A stretch of DNA of 64,000 nt from an uncultured Bacilli bacterium (lineage in GTDB: Bacteria; Bacillota_I; Bacilli_A; RF39; UBA660). The stretch lies in assembly GCA_947632115.1 (NCBI GenBank), contig CANROB010000006.1, positions 3,844-67,843 of the forward strand, written 5' to 3'. Of this stretch, positions 55,410 through 62,674 are shown piece by piece. Position 1 is the first letter of the stretch, and every line of letters begins with the position of its first letter. The notes beneath the pieces were generated by a model that worked only from the letters and a program-made list of their open reading frames with translations, was not told the DNA's origin and did no database searches. A program made the position numbers and the translations under genes.

Positions 55410-56534
55410 ATGATGAAAATTTTTATAGTATCGGAAAATTCTTGCAATCTAAATTATCAACAGGATTATATTTATAGTCAGTTATCCGAATTTTTTGAAA
55501 TTACTTCCGATGTGAAAGAAGCCGATGCCATTGTCATTTCTGCAACATGCTGTTGTACACAATATAATTTACAATATACGATGAATTATATTGCGTGGAT
55601 TTTAAAGAATAAAAAGATAGAAGCTAAAACGTATTTAACCGGTTGTATTACAAGAACGTTTAAAGATAATGCTTTATTATTAGAAATGAAAAAATGGCTT
55701 CAGGATAATATCGATTTCATTATTCCCCAAAATCAGCCTAACTTATTATTAAAATTGATTGATTTAGAACACTTTCATGATCTAGATAGTAATGAATTTG
55801 GCGGAGTGAATGAAATAGGGAATGACTCAGCCGAACTTTATATTGTGAATGGTTGTTTAAATAATTGCTCTTTTTGTAAAGTCACTTTTCAAGCATATCC
55901 CCTAAAAAGTGTTGAACTTAGTGCCATTAAGGAAGCAATAGATCTTTTGGATGAAGATAAATGTTCACAAATTCTTTTAAAAGGGACGAATATTTGCCAA
56001 TATGGTTTAGATATTTATCATGAATATAGACTTCCCGAAGTAATTTCTTATTTAGAAAACAAAGAAAATATAAAAAAGGTAACCCTAGTGGGATTTTCCT
56101 TTAAAGATGCTATCAAACATGATTTTGAAAGCGTTATAGCAAATAGTAGCAAGGTATCGCAATTATGTGGTTCTTTAGAATCTGGTAGTGATAGAATATT
56201 GGAATTGATGAGAAAAGGTTTTACGAGTGAAGAAATTATCAGTTTTGTTCAAAATATTCGGAAAGGAAACGATAAAAGTTTACGATTAAATATTATTTCT
56301 GGTTTTCCAACAGAGACCCTTGAAGATGTAAAACAAACGCTAGAGGTATTAAAACAGTTAGACCCTTCTATAGTAGAGATTTGTAGATATACAAATTCTA
56401 TTTTTGTCGATTCTAGTGTCTACGATCAATTGACTCCTTCTGAAATACAAAACCATACACGAATTTATTCTAAAACATTGCAAAAAAGAAATGTAAGAGT
56501 GAATATTGTAGGAGAGGGCTACCAGTATCATTAA
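55410..56534 (+). CDS. Radical-SAM methylthiotransferase-family paralog lacking a TRAM domain
   Basis: N-terminal MTTase-type Cys triad (ENSCNL, ATCCCT, LTGC) and the radical-SAM motif GCLNNCSFC. It ends shortly after the radical-SAM core. Confidence 0.7.
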   Translation: MMKIFIVSENSCNLNYQQDYIYSQLSEFFEITSDVKEADAIVISATCCCTQYNLQYTMNYIAWILKNKKIEAKTYLTGCITRTFKDNALLLEMKKWLQDNIDFIIPQNQPNLLLKLIDLEHFHDLDSNEFGGVNEIGNDSAELYIVNGCLNNCSFCKVTFQAYPLKSVELSAIKEAIDLLDEDKCSQILLKGTNICQYGLDIYHEYRLPEVISYLENKENIKKVTLVGFSFKDAIKHDFESVIANSSKVSQLCGSLESGSDRILELMRKGFTSEEIISFVQNIRKGNDKSLRLNIISGFPTETLEDVKQTLEVLKQLDPSIVEICRYTNSIFVDSSVYDQLTPSEIQNHTRIYSKTLQKRNVRVNIVGEGYQYH

Positions 56535-56657
56535 AACTTCTCCGTAGGACAATAGGTTATTGTGAAGTAGATAAAAAATTTTTAGATTATATTGAAACAA
56601 TATTACTGTAAGAGTATATTGTTTTTTTATTAATATTTTTAACTGTTTTTCTGAAAT

Positions 56658-56681
56658 AAAAAAACGAACCAAAATGGTTCG
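56658..56681 (-). terminator. Rho-independent terminator of tRNA-Gly(CCC)
   Basis: Minus strand: CGAACC-atttt-GGTTCG followed by T7, 11 nt after the tRNA CCA end. Confidence 0.7.
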
Positions 56682-56692
56682 AATGGATTCCA

Positions 56693-56766
56693 TGGAGCAG
56701 ATAGCGAGAATCGAACTCGTAACTTAAGCTTGGGAAGCTTATATTTTGCCATTAAACTATATCTGC
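56693..56766 (-). tRNA. tRNA-Gly (anticodon CCC)
   Basis: The 74-nt reverse complement GCAGATATAGTTTAATGGCAAAATATAAGCTTCCCAAGCTTAAGTTACGAGTTCGATTCTCGCTATCTGCTCCA folds by hand. It has a 7-bp acceptor stem, a D-arm with GG, the anticodon loop TTCCCAA, the T-loop TTCGATT, discriminator U and an encoded CCA. Confidence 0.85.
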
Positions 56767-56850
56767 ATTCATTTTTCTGATGAAAAAGTCTAATAATAAT
56801 ATACCATTATTTTGATATTTGTTAAATAGCAAATTGATATTTTTGTAATT
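56693..56850. repeat. Direct repeat copy A (tRNA plus 84 nt of its 5' flank)
   Basis: Near-identical to 57499-57652. Weaker similarity extends left through the terminator (56658-56692 versus 57463-57498). Confidence 0.85.
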
Positions 56851-56941
56851 TTCAATATAAAAATATAGATTTTATGTATAAGTAACCTGGTATCACCAAT
56901 AATTACGATTTGATATATAAAATATAATCTCTAACCGTATT

Positions 56942-57382
56942 TTGGTTCACAATGTTCCATATGTTTCGGAAAAAGCAACGTTTTGTGGTAAAATTCTTAT
57001 TAGAAATGGATGTGTTGATGTGAATAACAGACTTAAAACTTGGCATTTTGGAATTGATAACGATGAATTAGTAAACTTAGTATTATCTGACAAAAAAACG
57101 GCGACAACTTCATTGTATGATGTAGATGATATTCCCGTTGTAGGTGACGAATCAATACTAATTTTTGATAATGGAAAACATGCTTGTGTAACTGAAACAA
57201 AAAAAGTAATAATAACTGAATTTAAAAATATTAGTGAAGAACTATCTATGTTGGAAGGGGAAGGAACTTACGAAGAATGGAAAAAGTCTCATATCGAATA
57301 TTTTAAAACTATAAATCCAAACTTTAATGATAATACAAAAGTAATATTTGAAATATTTGAGGTAAAAGAAAAATTTTGTTGA
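56942..57382 (+). CDS. ASCH (PUA-like) domain protein
   Basis: TWHFGIDNDELVNLVLSDKKTATTS...MLEGEGTYEEWKKSHIEYF matches the COG4405-type ASCH pattern. There is no in-frame ATG near the N-terminus, so a TTG start at 56942 is assumed, and no clear RBS. Confidence 0.6.
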   Translation: MVHNVPYVSEKATFCGKILIRNGCVDVNNRLKTWHFGIDNDELVNLVLSDKKTATTSLYDVDDIPVVGDESILIFDNGKHACVTETKKVIITEFKNISEELSMLEGEGTYEEWKKSHIEYFKTINPNFNDNTKVIFEIFEVKEKFC

Positions 57383-57498
57383 ATGTTGTTTAGATATTAC
57401 CGATAAAAATAAAAAATATTATCAATGTATTCGACCATTTTTCGATTTTATCTTTTGGTATAAAAAAATCGGACTAAAAAGTTCGACTAAAATACAAA

Positions 57499-57571
57499 TG
57501 GAGAAGATAGCGAGAATCGAACTCGTAACTTAAGCTTGGAAGCTTATATTTTGCTATTAAACTATATCTGT
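57499..57571 (-). pseudogene. Decayed copy of tRNA-Gly(CCC)
   Basis: 73 nt. Relative to copy A it has a 1-nt deletion in the anticodon loop (TTCCAA, 6 nt), loss of the D-loop GG (AATAGCA), and substitutions on both strands of the acceptor stem (positions 1 and 69). Confidence 0.75.
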
Positions 57572-57652
57572 ATTCATTTTTCTGATGAAAAAGCCTAATA
57601 ATATACCATTATTTTGATATTTGTTAAATAGTAAATTGATGTTTTTGTAATT
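57499..57652. repeat. Direct repeat copy B
   Basis: Aligns to 56693-56850 with a handful of substitutions, the 1-nt anticodon-loop deletion and a 3-nt deletion (taataataat versus taataat). Confidence 0.85.
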
Positions 57653-57845
57653 ACTTAATCTTCTTTTATAACGCTATAATCAGATGTAACATTAGCGATT
57701 ATTTCATCTTCACAATTATCATGTTTGAAATATGCTAAAATGCTATTTCTAGATATTCTTGCTTCATATTTATTAGTCACCAATTAAAAAATATAAAAAG
57801 GAAATTGCATTTTTATCGATAATATTAATAGTAAGAGGTGATAAG

Positions 57846-58610
57846 ATGAGCGAAATGAACGGATTTGATAATGAATTTGCTTTCGTTTTAGCATTAAATA
57901 ATAAAACAATTAAAGAATTAACTCCTATATGTAGAGATTTAATAGAAACCATTTTTCCTGATGAAAATGAAAATTCAATCATAAAATGTTGGCTTAATCA
58001 TTTCAAACAAAAATCTGATATTTTCGTTAAAATAAATAATAAAACGAAAGGTATTAGTATTAAAAAGGGAATGAAAAATTCTGTCCATGTTGAACCGATT
58101 TCAGAATTTATTAGTTTTCTAATAAATAATCATATACCACGGGATAGTATAATAGAGTATTTAAAATTTCACTATGCCGATGGAACAACTAACGGTAAGG
58201 GATTAAAAAGAATATCTATGGAAGAATATAAAGTTCAAAACCAAGATAAAATTGATAAGATAAATAGAGAAATCAATAATGAACAATTATTAATAAAAGC
58301 TATTGATAGGTTTATCATCAAAGGGAATAATTCGCTTTTTCCCATCTCTGCCTTGATTTATGGGGAAGTAGATGACTTTATCTTTATAACGAAAGAAGAT
58401 ATTAGGAATATTATTCTAAGAAAAAAGGATGACTATTCATCCACTGTTCATTTTAGTGTGCTTACTGTCCAACCTAAAAATAGATGCTTAAATTATAATA
58501 CTAAATATGAGAAAGATAGGTTTTGTGTACAAGTAAAATGGTATAATCTTTTTGATGATATCATTGAAAATATGTATTTAAAGGAACAAAGTAAAAAGGA
58601 AGTATTCTAG
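57846..58610 (+). CDS. Putative type II restriction endonuclease, MspI/HinP1I-like fold, with no adjacent methyltransferase
   Basis: NGFDNEF..., KSDIFVKI...GISIKKG..NSVHVE (a D...S-x-K PD-(D/E)xK-like core) and C-terminal LTVQPK...VQVKW resemble, from memory, HinP1I blocks (DGFKNEK; SDINVQV...IQVKLVSN; VTIQRKG...LQFKI). AGAGGTGA RBS. Confidence 0.45.
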   Translation: MSEMNGFDNEFAFVLALNNKTIKELTPICRDLIETIFPDENENSIIKCWLNHFKQKSDIFVKINNKTKGISIKKGMKNSVHVEPISEFISFLINNHIPRDSIIEYLKFHYADGTTNGKGLKRISMEEYKVQNQDKIDKINREINNEQLLIKAIDRFIIKGNNSLFPISALIYGEVDDFIFITKEDIRNIILRKKDDYSSTVHFSVLTVQPKNRCLNYNTKYEKDRFCVQVKWYNLFDDIIENMYLKEQSKKEVF

Positions 58611-58635
58611 ATACTTCCTCGCTGATAACGTGGGT

Positions 58636-58665
58636 AAAAAAAACTAGTCTTTGATAAGGACTAGT
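58636..58665 (-). terminator. Stranded terminator of the disrupted tRNA-Gly locus
   Basis: Minus strand: ACTAGTC-cttatcaaa-GACTAGT followed by T8. It lies 14 nt downstream (in the tRNA sense) of the tRNA 3' fragment. Confidence 0.6.
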
Positions 58666-58679
58666 CTGTCTATTAAAAA

Positions 58680-58697
58680 TGGAGCGGGTGATGGGAG
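58680..58697 (-). other. 18-nt 3'-terminal fragment of a tRNA-Gly (…CTCCCATCACCCGCTCCA): putative attL core of the prophage
   Basis: The reverse complement ends in TCACCCGCTCCA, which matches the acceptor/CCA end of Firmicute tRNA-Gly(UCC) as I remember it. Similarity to a tRNA stops abruptly at 58698. Confidence 0.6.
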
Positions 58698-58727
58698 TAA
58701 TCACCTATAATAATCTAGAAAGGATAA

Positions 58728-58901
58728 ATGTACTTTGTAGCTTATGATTTATATGATAATATAGTTGCTTATTTTGATGATCTTGATGAATTATCTTCTT
58801 TCGTTAGACGTAGAAAAAAACAACTTAAGTATAAATTTAAAACGCAAAATGTAGTAATTATTGAATCAAAACCCATTTTAAAAATTTACAAATTTTCATG
58901 A
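58728..58901 (+). CDS. Small phage ORF (57 aa, below the track threshold)
   Basis: Hand translation gives MYFVAYDLYDNIVAYFDDLDELSSFVRRRKKQLKYKFKTQNVVIIESKPILKIYKFS. GAAAGGA RBS. A terminator follows. Confidence 0.4.
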   Translation: MYFVAYDLYDNIVAYFDDLDELSSFVRRRKKQLKYKFKTQNVVIIESKPILKIYKFS

Positions 58902-58922
58902 GAGGTCACACCTCTCATTTTT
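58900..58922 (+). terminator. Rho-independent terminator
   Basis: GAGAGG-tcaca-CCTCTC followed by ATTTTT. Confidence 0.7.
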
Positions 58923-58958
58923 GTATGCTAGTATTTTTTATAAGAAAGGAGTTTAAGT

Positions 58959-59261
58959 ATGGAAGAGAAAATTAGTGTAAAAGTTTTAAGCGGATGGCAA
59001 AGTACTAAAAAGAATTGCTGTGGAATTACTTATTTGCTAGCAGGAATTCAAGATGCCGAAAATCGCAAAGGTTTAGAGATATTAGAATGTTTTTATGAAG
59101 AAACTACAATTCCTTTTCAAAAACTTAAGGCTGATGATTTAGATAAGAAAGTTTTTTCTGCTATCGTTTCTTGGAAAGAAAATAAATTTGATCCTAGTAA
59201 AGCAGATAAATATATCGTAGGTCTTGCCGATGATAAAGGCGAAATTATTTGGTCTTTATAA
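58959..59261 (+). CDS. Phage protein, 100 aa, soluble; possible ssDNA-binding (gene V-like) role from position and size only
   Basis: AAGGAG RBS. No TM helix. It sits directly upstream of the coat-like gene. Confidence 0.5.
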   Translation: MEEKISVKVLSGWQSTKKNCCGITYLLAGIQDAENRKGLEILECFYEETTIPFQKLKADDLDKKVFSAIVSWKENKFDPSKADKYIVGLADDKGEIIWSL

Positions 59262-59284
59262 AATAAAAGAATAAAAAATTGTAT

Positions 59285-59333
59285 AAAACACATGCAACGA
59301 ATCACACCTTACCTTTCTTTCTGCATGTGTTTT
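59285..59333. repeat. Perfect 12-bp inverted repeat with a 25-nt loop
   Basis: AAAACACATGCA (59285-59296) pairs with TGCATGTGTTTT (59322-59333). Confidence 0.8.
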
Positions 59334-59358
59334 AGATAAATGAAAGGGGGTCCCTAGT

Positions 59359-59544
59359 GTGGAAAGTGAAGCTTTAACATTATCTGCGTATTTAGAGAAT
59401 GGATCTTCTGTTGTTACTTGGGTTATGAAACAAGCTACTACTATAGCGAATTTTATGACTAGTAATCCAGTTGCACTTACATTCTTAATTTTAGGAGTTA
59501 TCGCTATTGTAGTATCTATTACAAAGAGATTCTTCAGAGTTTAA
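59359..59544 (+). CDS. Candidate major coat protein
   Basis: 61 aa with an acidic N-terminus (ESEALTLSAYLENG), a hydrophobic helix (PVALTFLILGVIAIVVSI) and a basic C-terminus (TKRFFRV), the classic inovirus pVIII layout. GTG start after a GGGGGT RBS. Confidence 0.55.
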   Translation: MESEALTLSAYLENGSSVVTWVMKQATTIANFMTSNPVALTFLILGVIAIVVSITKRFFRV

Positions 59545-59609
59545 TTTGTAGAGAAAAAGAGATACTCAATATTTCTTTTTCTCTTCTTTTTTTATCGAGG
59601 TGCTTTTTT

Positions 59610-59807
59610 ATGGTTTATTTTATTTTAGGATTTTCTATAGCTTTGAATTTAATTTTTATAATTTTAGGAATATTTGTTATAAGATTTTATTTTTCACAAA
59701 AAACAAAGAATAATTCTATTGAAGATTTAATTGAAGGAGTAGGAAAAATTATGAAAGATGATTCGATTGTAGATGAAAATATGGCAAAGGATTTTTTTTA
59801 TAAATGA
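59610..59807 (+). CDS. Small phage membrane protein
   Basis: 65 aa with an N-terminal TM helix. Its stop overlaps the next start (ATGA). Confidence 0.45.
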   Translation: MVYFILGFSIALNLIFIILGIFVIRFYFSQKTKNNSIEDLIEGVGKIMKDDSIVDENMAKDFFYK

Positions 59808-61591
59808 TGTTATTTTATAAATTAAAAAGGTCTTGTCATTTTTTTATTAATAATTTTTTCTATTTTTTAGTTTTTATTCTAGGATTTTTTCTTGGTTTTA
59901 TTGGAAAGAATATTCTACCGCAAGTATTAGCTTTAGAAATGGATCCATCTAGTTGTGAATATGGTAGTAGAACTTGTTTTTCTATGCCTACTAGTGATTA
60001 TAGTCATATTCCATCTGCATATGGAACTCATCAAGTTTTAGAACGTTTAGAACTTATTAAAGAATTACTAGATGAATCTATTCCTGAGGGTTACGGTTAT
60101 ACAATTTATATGGTTTCTGCACTTAATGATTCGATGGATCATTTTTCTAGAGATTGGACTTCTTATCTTGGTGTTATTAAGTATAAAATTTCCGACTATT
60201 TACCTCGTTCTGAGTATGATGCTTTGTCTCTTGATGAGAGACATGGACATTTTACAATGTCTGTAATTGATTCTTATAGGACTGGTGATCAAGATTTTTT
60301 TGAATATTCTAATTTTTATTCTTATTCTACCAGTGTTAGTTCAAATCCGTCTTATACTGGTTGGTTTTTGACTACTTCGTTAGATCAATTTAAAGAGAAA
60401 GCTTTATCCAGTTTTTCTAATCTTCCTGATTGGAATTTTAAAAACAATTCAACTAGTAGTGGTGTTGGAACTAAATATTTAAGAAGTAATACTTATTTTG
60501 ATTTTTTCTTATATTATTCGTCTGTTGATATAGAGTATTATCATACGAATGATGATTCTCCTCACTTTTATTTTAATAATAAAATTTATGATACAGGTGA
60601 TTTATGGCCATCTTATTATGGTTTCGCAGAAGATAATAAGAGTTTTTTAGAAGATTTAACTTATACCTGTAGCATTAAACCGTTTATCTTATCCGAAAAG
60701 AATGATTCCGAATCGGACTATCAAAAAGTGGAGACTTATGGTTCTAATATATATTTTGATTATGATCTTCCAGATTCGGTTTGGCCATATTTATTTAATT
60801 TTTATAATTATTATCGAGCTAGTGATTATAAAGAACTTGTTTATGGATCTTATATGGATTCTTGGAATCCATTCCTGTGGTATAGTCAGCAGGATGATTC
60901 CGCTTCTCATATTTATAAAGTTCCTGTTACTTTATTGACTTTAGAGAGAAAGCAAGAATTCTTTTTAGGATTTTCTAGAGTTTGGGAATTACACGATGAA
61001 GATTATACTCAGTTGAAAGATTTTCAAGAATGGAAGCCGACTGTTCGTGATAAATATTTTTTAGCTTTTATAAAATATTTAGATGATGATTTTGATATGA
61101 GTTTAAGAGAATTTAATTCTATGCGTTATAACACTTTAGATTCGCTTTTGAAGTCGTATTATTCTTCTACTACTAATAATTTTGTAAATGCTTCTTATCA
61201 AGTTATTGATTCAACTATTAAGGCAGATTATTTAAAATTTTTATTGACTGTTTATAATGATGATAATTTTAAAGAAGAGATTTGCTTTTATTATGATGAA
61301 GATAATTTAACTTTGACTTATGCTGAATTTAGTGGTGCTGGCACTCTTCAAGGTTGTGCATGGACTAATGGTCAATATCAATGTTTTGAAACGGATATTG
61401 ATTTCTATACTTCATATGATCTTAATAATTTTTCTATTTTTGATGAATTACGAGATGCTTTATCTTATTTATCAAGTTTAGTTGATTCTATTTGGAATGC
61501 TCTACCTGAGTTTATGAAGTTAACTTTTATTACTATTTTTGTTATTACAATAATTTTTATCATATTAAGGATGGTAGGTTGGTATGGATAG
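59804..61591 (+). CDS. pIII-like minor coat / adsorption protein candidate
   Basis: 595 aa. N-terminal signal-like helix ending QVLA-LE and a C-terminal anchor (LTFITIFVITIIFIILRMVGW). The body is rich in aromatic, Asp and Ser residues. It is the largest gene of the module and sits after the coat gene, as in Ff phages. Confidence 0.6.
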   Translation: MMLFYKLKRSCHFFINNFFYFLVFILGFFLGFIGKNILPQVLALEMDPSSCEYGSRTCFSMPTSDYSHIPSAYGTHQVLERLELIKELLDESIPEGYGYTIYMVSALNDSMDHFSRDWTSYLGVIKYKISDYLPRSEYDALSLDERHGHFTMSVIDSYRTGDQDFFEYSNFYSYSTSVSSNPSYTGWFLTTSLDQFKEKALSSFSNLPDWNFKNNSTSSGVGTKYLRSNTYFDFFLYYSSVDIEYYHTNDDSPHFYFNNKIYDTGDLWPSYYGFAEDNKSFLEDLTYTCSIKPFILSEKNDSESDYQKVETYGSNIYFDYDLPDSVWPYLFNFYNYYRASDYKELVYGSYMDSWNPFLWYSQQDDSASHIYKVPVTLLTLERKQEFFLGFSRVWELHDEDYTQLKDFQEWKPTVRDKYFLAFIKYLDDDFDMSLREFNSMRYNTLDSLLKSYYSSTTNNFVNASYQVIDSTIKADYLKFLLTVYNDDNFKEEICFYYDEDNLTLTYAEFSGAGTLQGCAWTNGQYQCFETDIDFYTSYDLNNFSIFDELRDALSYLSSLVDSIWNALPEFMKLTFITIFVITIIFIILRMVGWYG

Positions 61592-61796
61592 TTTTTCTAC
61601 AGTTATCGAGAGTGTAAAGACATTATTTGAATTAATTGTTGATTCGATTAGTAATTTTGTTGATTTTGCTTCGAATATATTTACTACAATTCAATCTTTG
61701 TTCTTTATATTTCCATATGAGGTTCGACCTATTTTAGTATCTTTTTTATCGATTGCAGTTTTTTATTTAATTTATAAATTGATTCGAGGTGCTTAG
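61584..61796 (+). CDS. Small phage membrane protein (pVI-like position)
   Basis: 70 aa with two hydrophobic segments. It overlaps the upstream gene by 8 nt. Confidence 0.5.
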   Translation: MDSFSTVIESVKTLFELIVDSISNFVDFASNIFTTIQSLFFIFPYEVRPILVSFLSIAVFYLIYKLIRGA

Positions 61797-62069
61797 ATGT
61801 TTCTTTCTTGTTTTAAATTTATTTGTTCAATTATTGGTGAATGGTTAGATTTTTTGTTTACCATAACTTTGGATTCTTCTACTAGTGTTACATGGGGAAT
61901 GTTATTTATAGCTATTGTTTTTGTAATTGTTTGTTTGAAACTTTTATTTGAAGGTATTTACAATGCTACTGGTGAAGATGATTACGGACTTAAGTATATT
62001 CCAAAGCATTCTTATAGGCCTAAGCATGAGAAAGACGTTTATTCTCCTCGTAATTATGGAAGGAAGTAG
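61797..62069 (+). CDS. Small phage membrane protein
   Basis: 90 aa with a TM helix (MLFIAIVFVIVCLKLLF) and a basic C-terminus. It starts the nucleotide after the upstream stop. Confidence 0.5.
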   Translation: MFLSCFKFICSIIGEWLDFLFTITLDSSTSVTWGMLFIAIVFVIVCLKLLFEGIYNATGEDDYGLKYIPKHSYRPKHEKDVYSPRNYGRK

Positions 62070-62073
62070 TTTT

Positions 62074-62304
62074 ATGGATAAATTAATGTTAGAAAGACTT
62101 CTTACTTTTGAAAAGTTAGAAAGTTATAATCCTTTAGAAGTTTATAATACTGTAAAGTTTTCCGGTGTTTTATCCGGAGAACAATTGTCAGTTTATGCTC
62201 CAGATTTTAGAAATTTTTATGAATTAGGAAAATTTTATAATGTAGAATTGATTGAGCATGATCTTTATGGAAATTTTTTGGATATTCAAGAGGTGATTAA
62301 TTAA
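62074..62304 (+). CDS. Small phage protein (76 aa, soluble)
   Basis: The ATG at 62074 follows a GGAAGGAAG RBS. The track ORF 61948-62304 is the same frame over-extended into the previous gene. Confidence 0.45.
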   Translation: MDKLMLERLLTFEKLESYNPLEVYNTVKFSGVLSGEQLSVYAPDFRNFYELGKFYNVELIEHDLYGNFLDIQEVIN

Positions 62305-62459
62305 TGGAAACATATTATGAGATGGCTCAGCAGTTATTTGGTAGTGTTCCTGTTGGTTGTGAATTTATTTATTTGATACTTGCTTTTTTCCTTTTTTTAG
62401 CATCTATTTTTATTATTGTTTTTCCAGCTATATTCGTATTTAAGTTGGTGAGCAAATGA
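62304..62459 (+). CDS. Small phage membrane protein (51 aa, below the track threshold)
   Basis: Hand translation gives METYYEMAQQLFGSVPVGCEFIYLILAFFLFLASIFIIVFPAIFVFKLVSK. TAATG overlap upstream and ATGA overlap downstream. Confidence 0.4.
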   Translation: METYYEMAQQLFGSVPVGCEFIYLILAFFLFLASIFIIVFPAIFVFKLVSK

Positions 62460-62674
62460 AAAATGTAAGTTTTGTTCCTTTTCTTATTAGTATTGATCAA
62501 TTTAAAGTTATTTTAGATGAAGTTATTTCTTTAAGCAGTTTAGATTTGGTTTATTCTAATGATGTGTTATTGATTTTATATTTTATTTATTTAGGGATGT
62601 TTTTGTTTTGCGTTGTTACATTTATAAGATTTGTTTATAAGTTTATAGTTATATTTTTAGATAAGGTGATTTAA
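62456..62674 (+). CDS. Small phage membrane protein
   Basis: 72 aa with a TM helix (LLILYFIYLGMFLFCVVTFIRFV). Confidence 0.45.
   Translation: MKNVSFVPFLISIDQFKVILDEVISLSSLDLVYSNDVLLILYFIYLGMFLFCVVTFIRFVYKFIVIFLDKVI

Noticed and set aside
57658-57786. A 42-codon minus-strand frame (TTG/GTG..TNKYEARISRNSILAYFKHDNCEDEIIANVTSDYSVIKED) between the pseudo-tRNA repeat and the endonuclease gene. I considered it as a remnant of the missing methyltransferase.
   Set aside because: It is too short, begins right after a stop, has no ATG or RBS, and I recognise no methyltransferase motif. It cannot be supported from sequence alone.
57773-57982. A minus-strand 69-aa ORF overlapping the start of the endonuclease-like gene.
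   Set aside because: It is antisense to a well-supported CDS with a strong RBS, and has no motif or RBS of its own.
60072-60938. Plus-strand ORFs 60072-60266 and 60702-60938 inside the 595-aa phage gene.
   Set aside because: They are in alternative frames of a T-rich coding region and give Ile/Leu/Phe-rich pseudo-TM products. They have no RBS and would break the otherwise continuous long ORF.
61948-62073. An apparent 122-nt overlap between ORF 61948-62304 and ORF 61797-62069.
   Set aside because: It is resolved by using the internal ATG at 62074, which has a GGAAGGAAG RBS 5 nt after the upstream stop. No genuine overprinting is needed.
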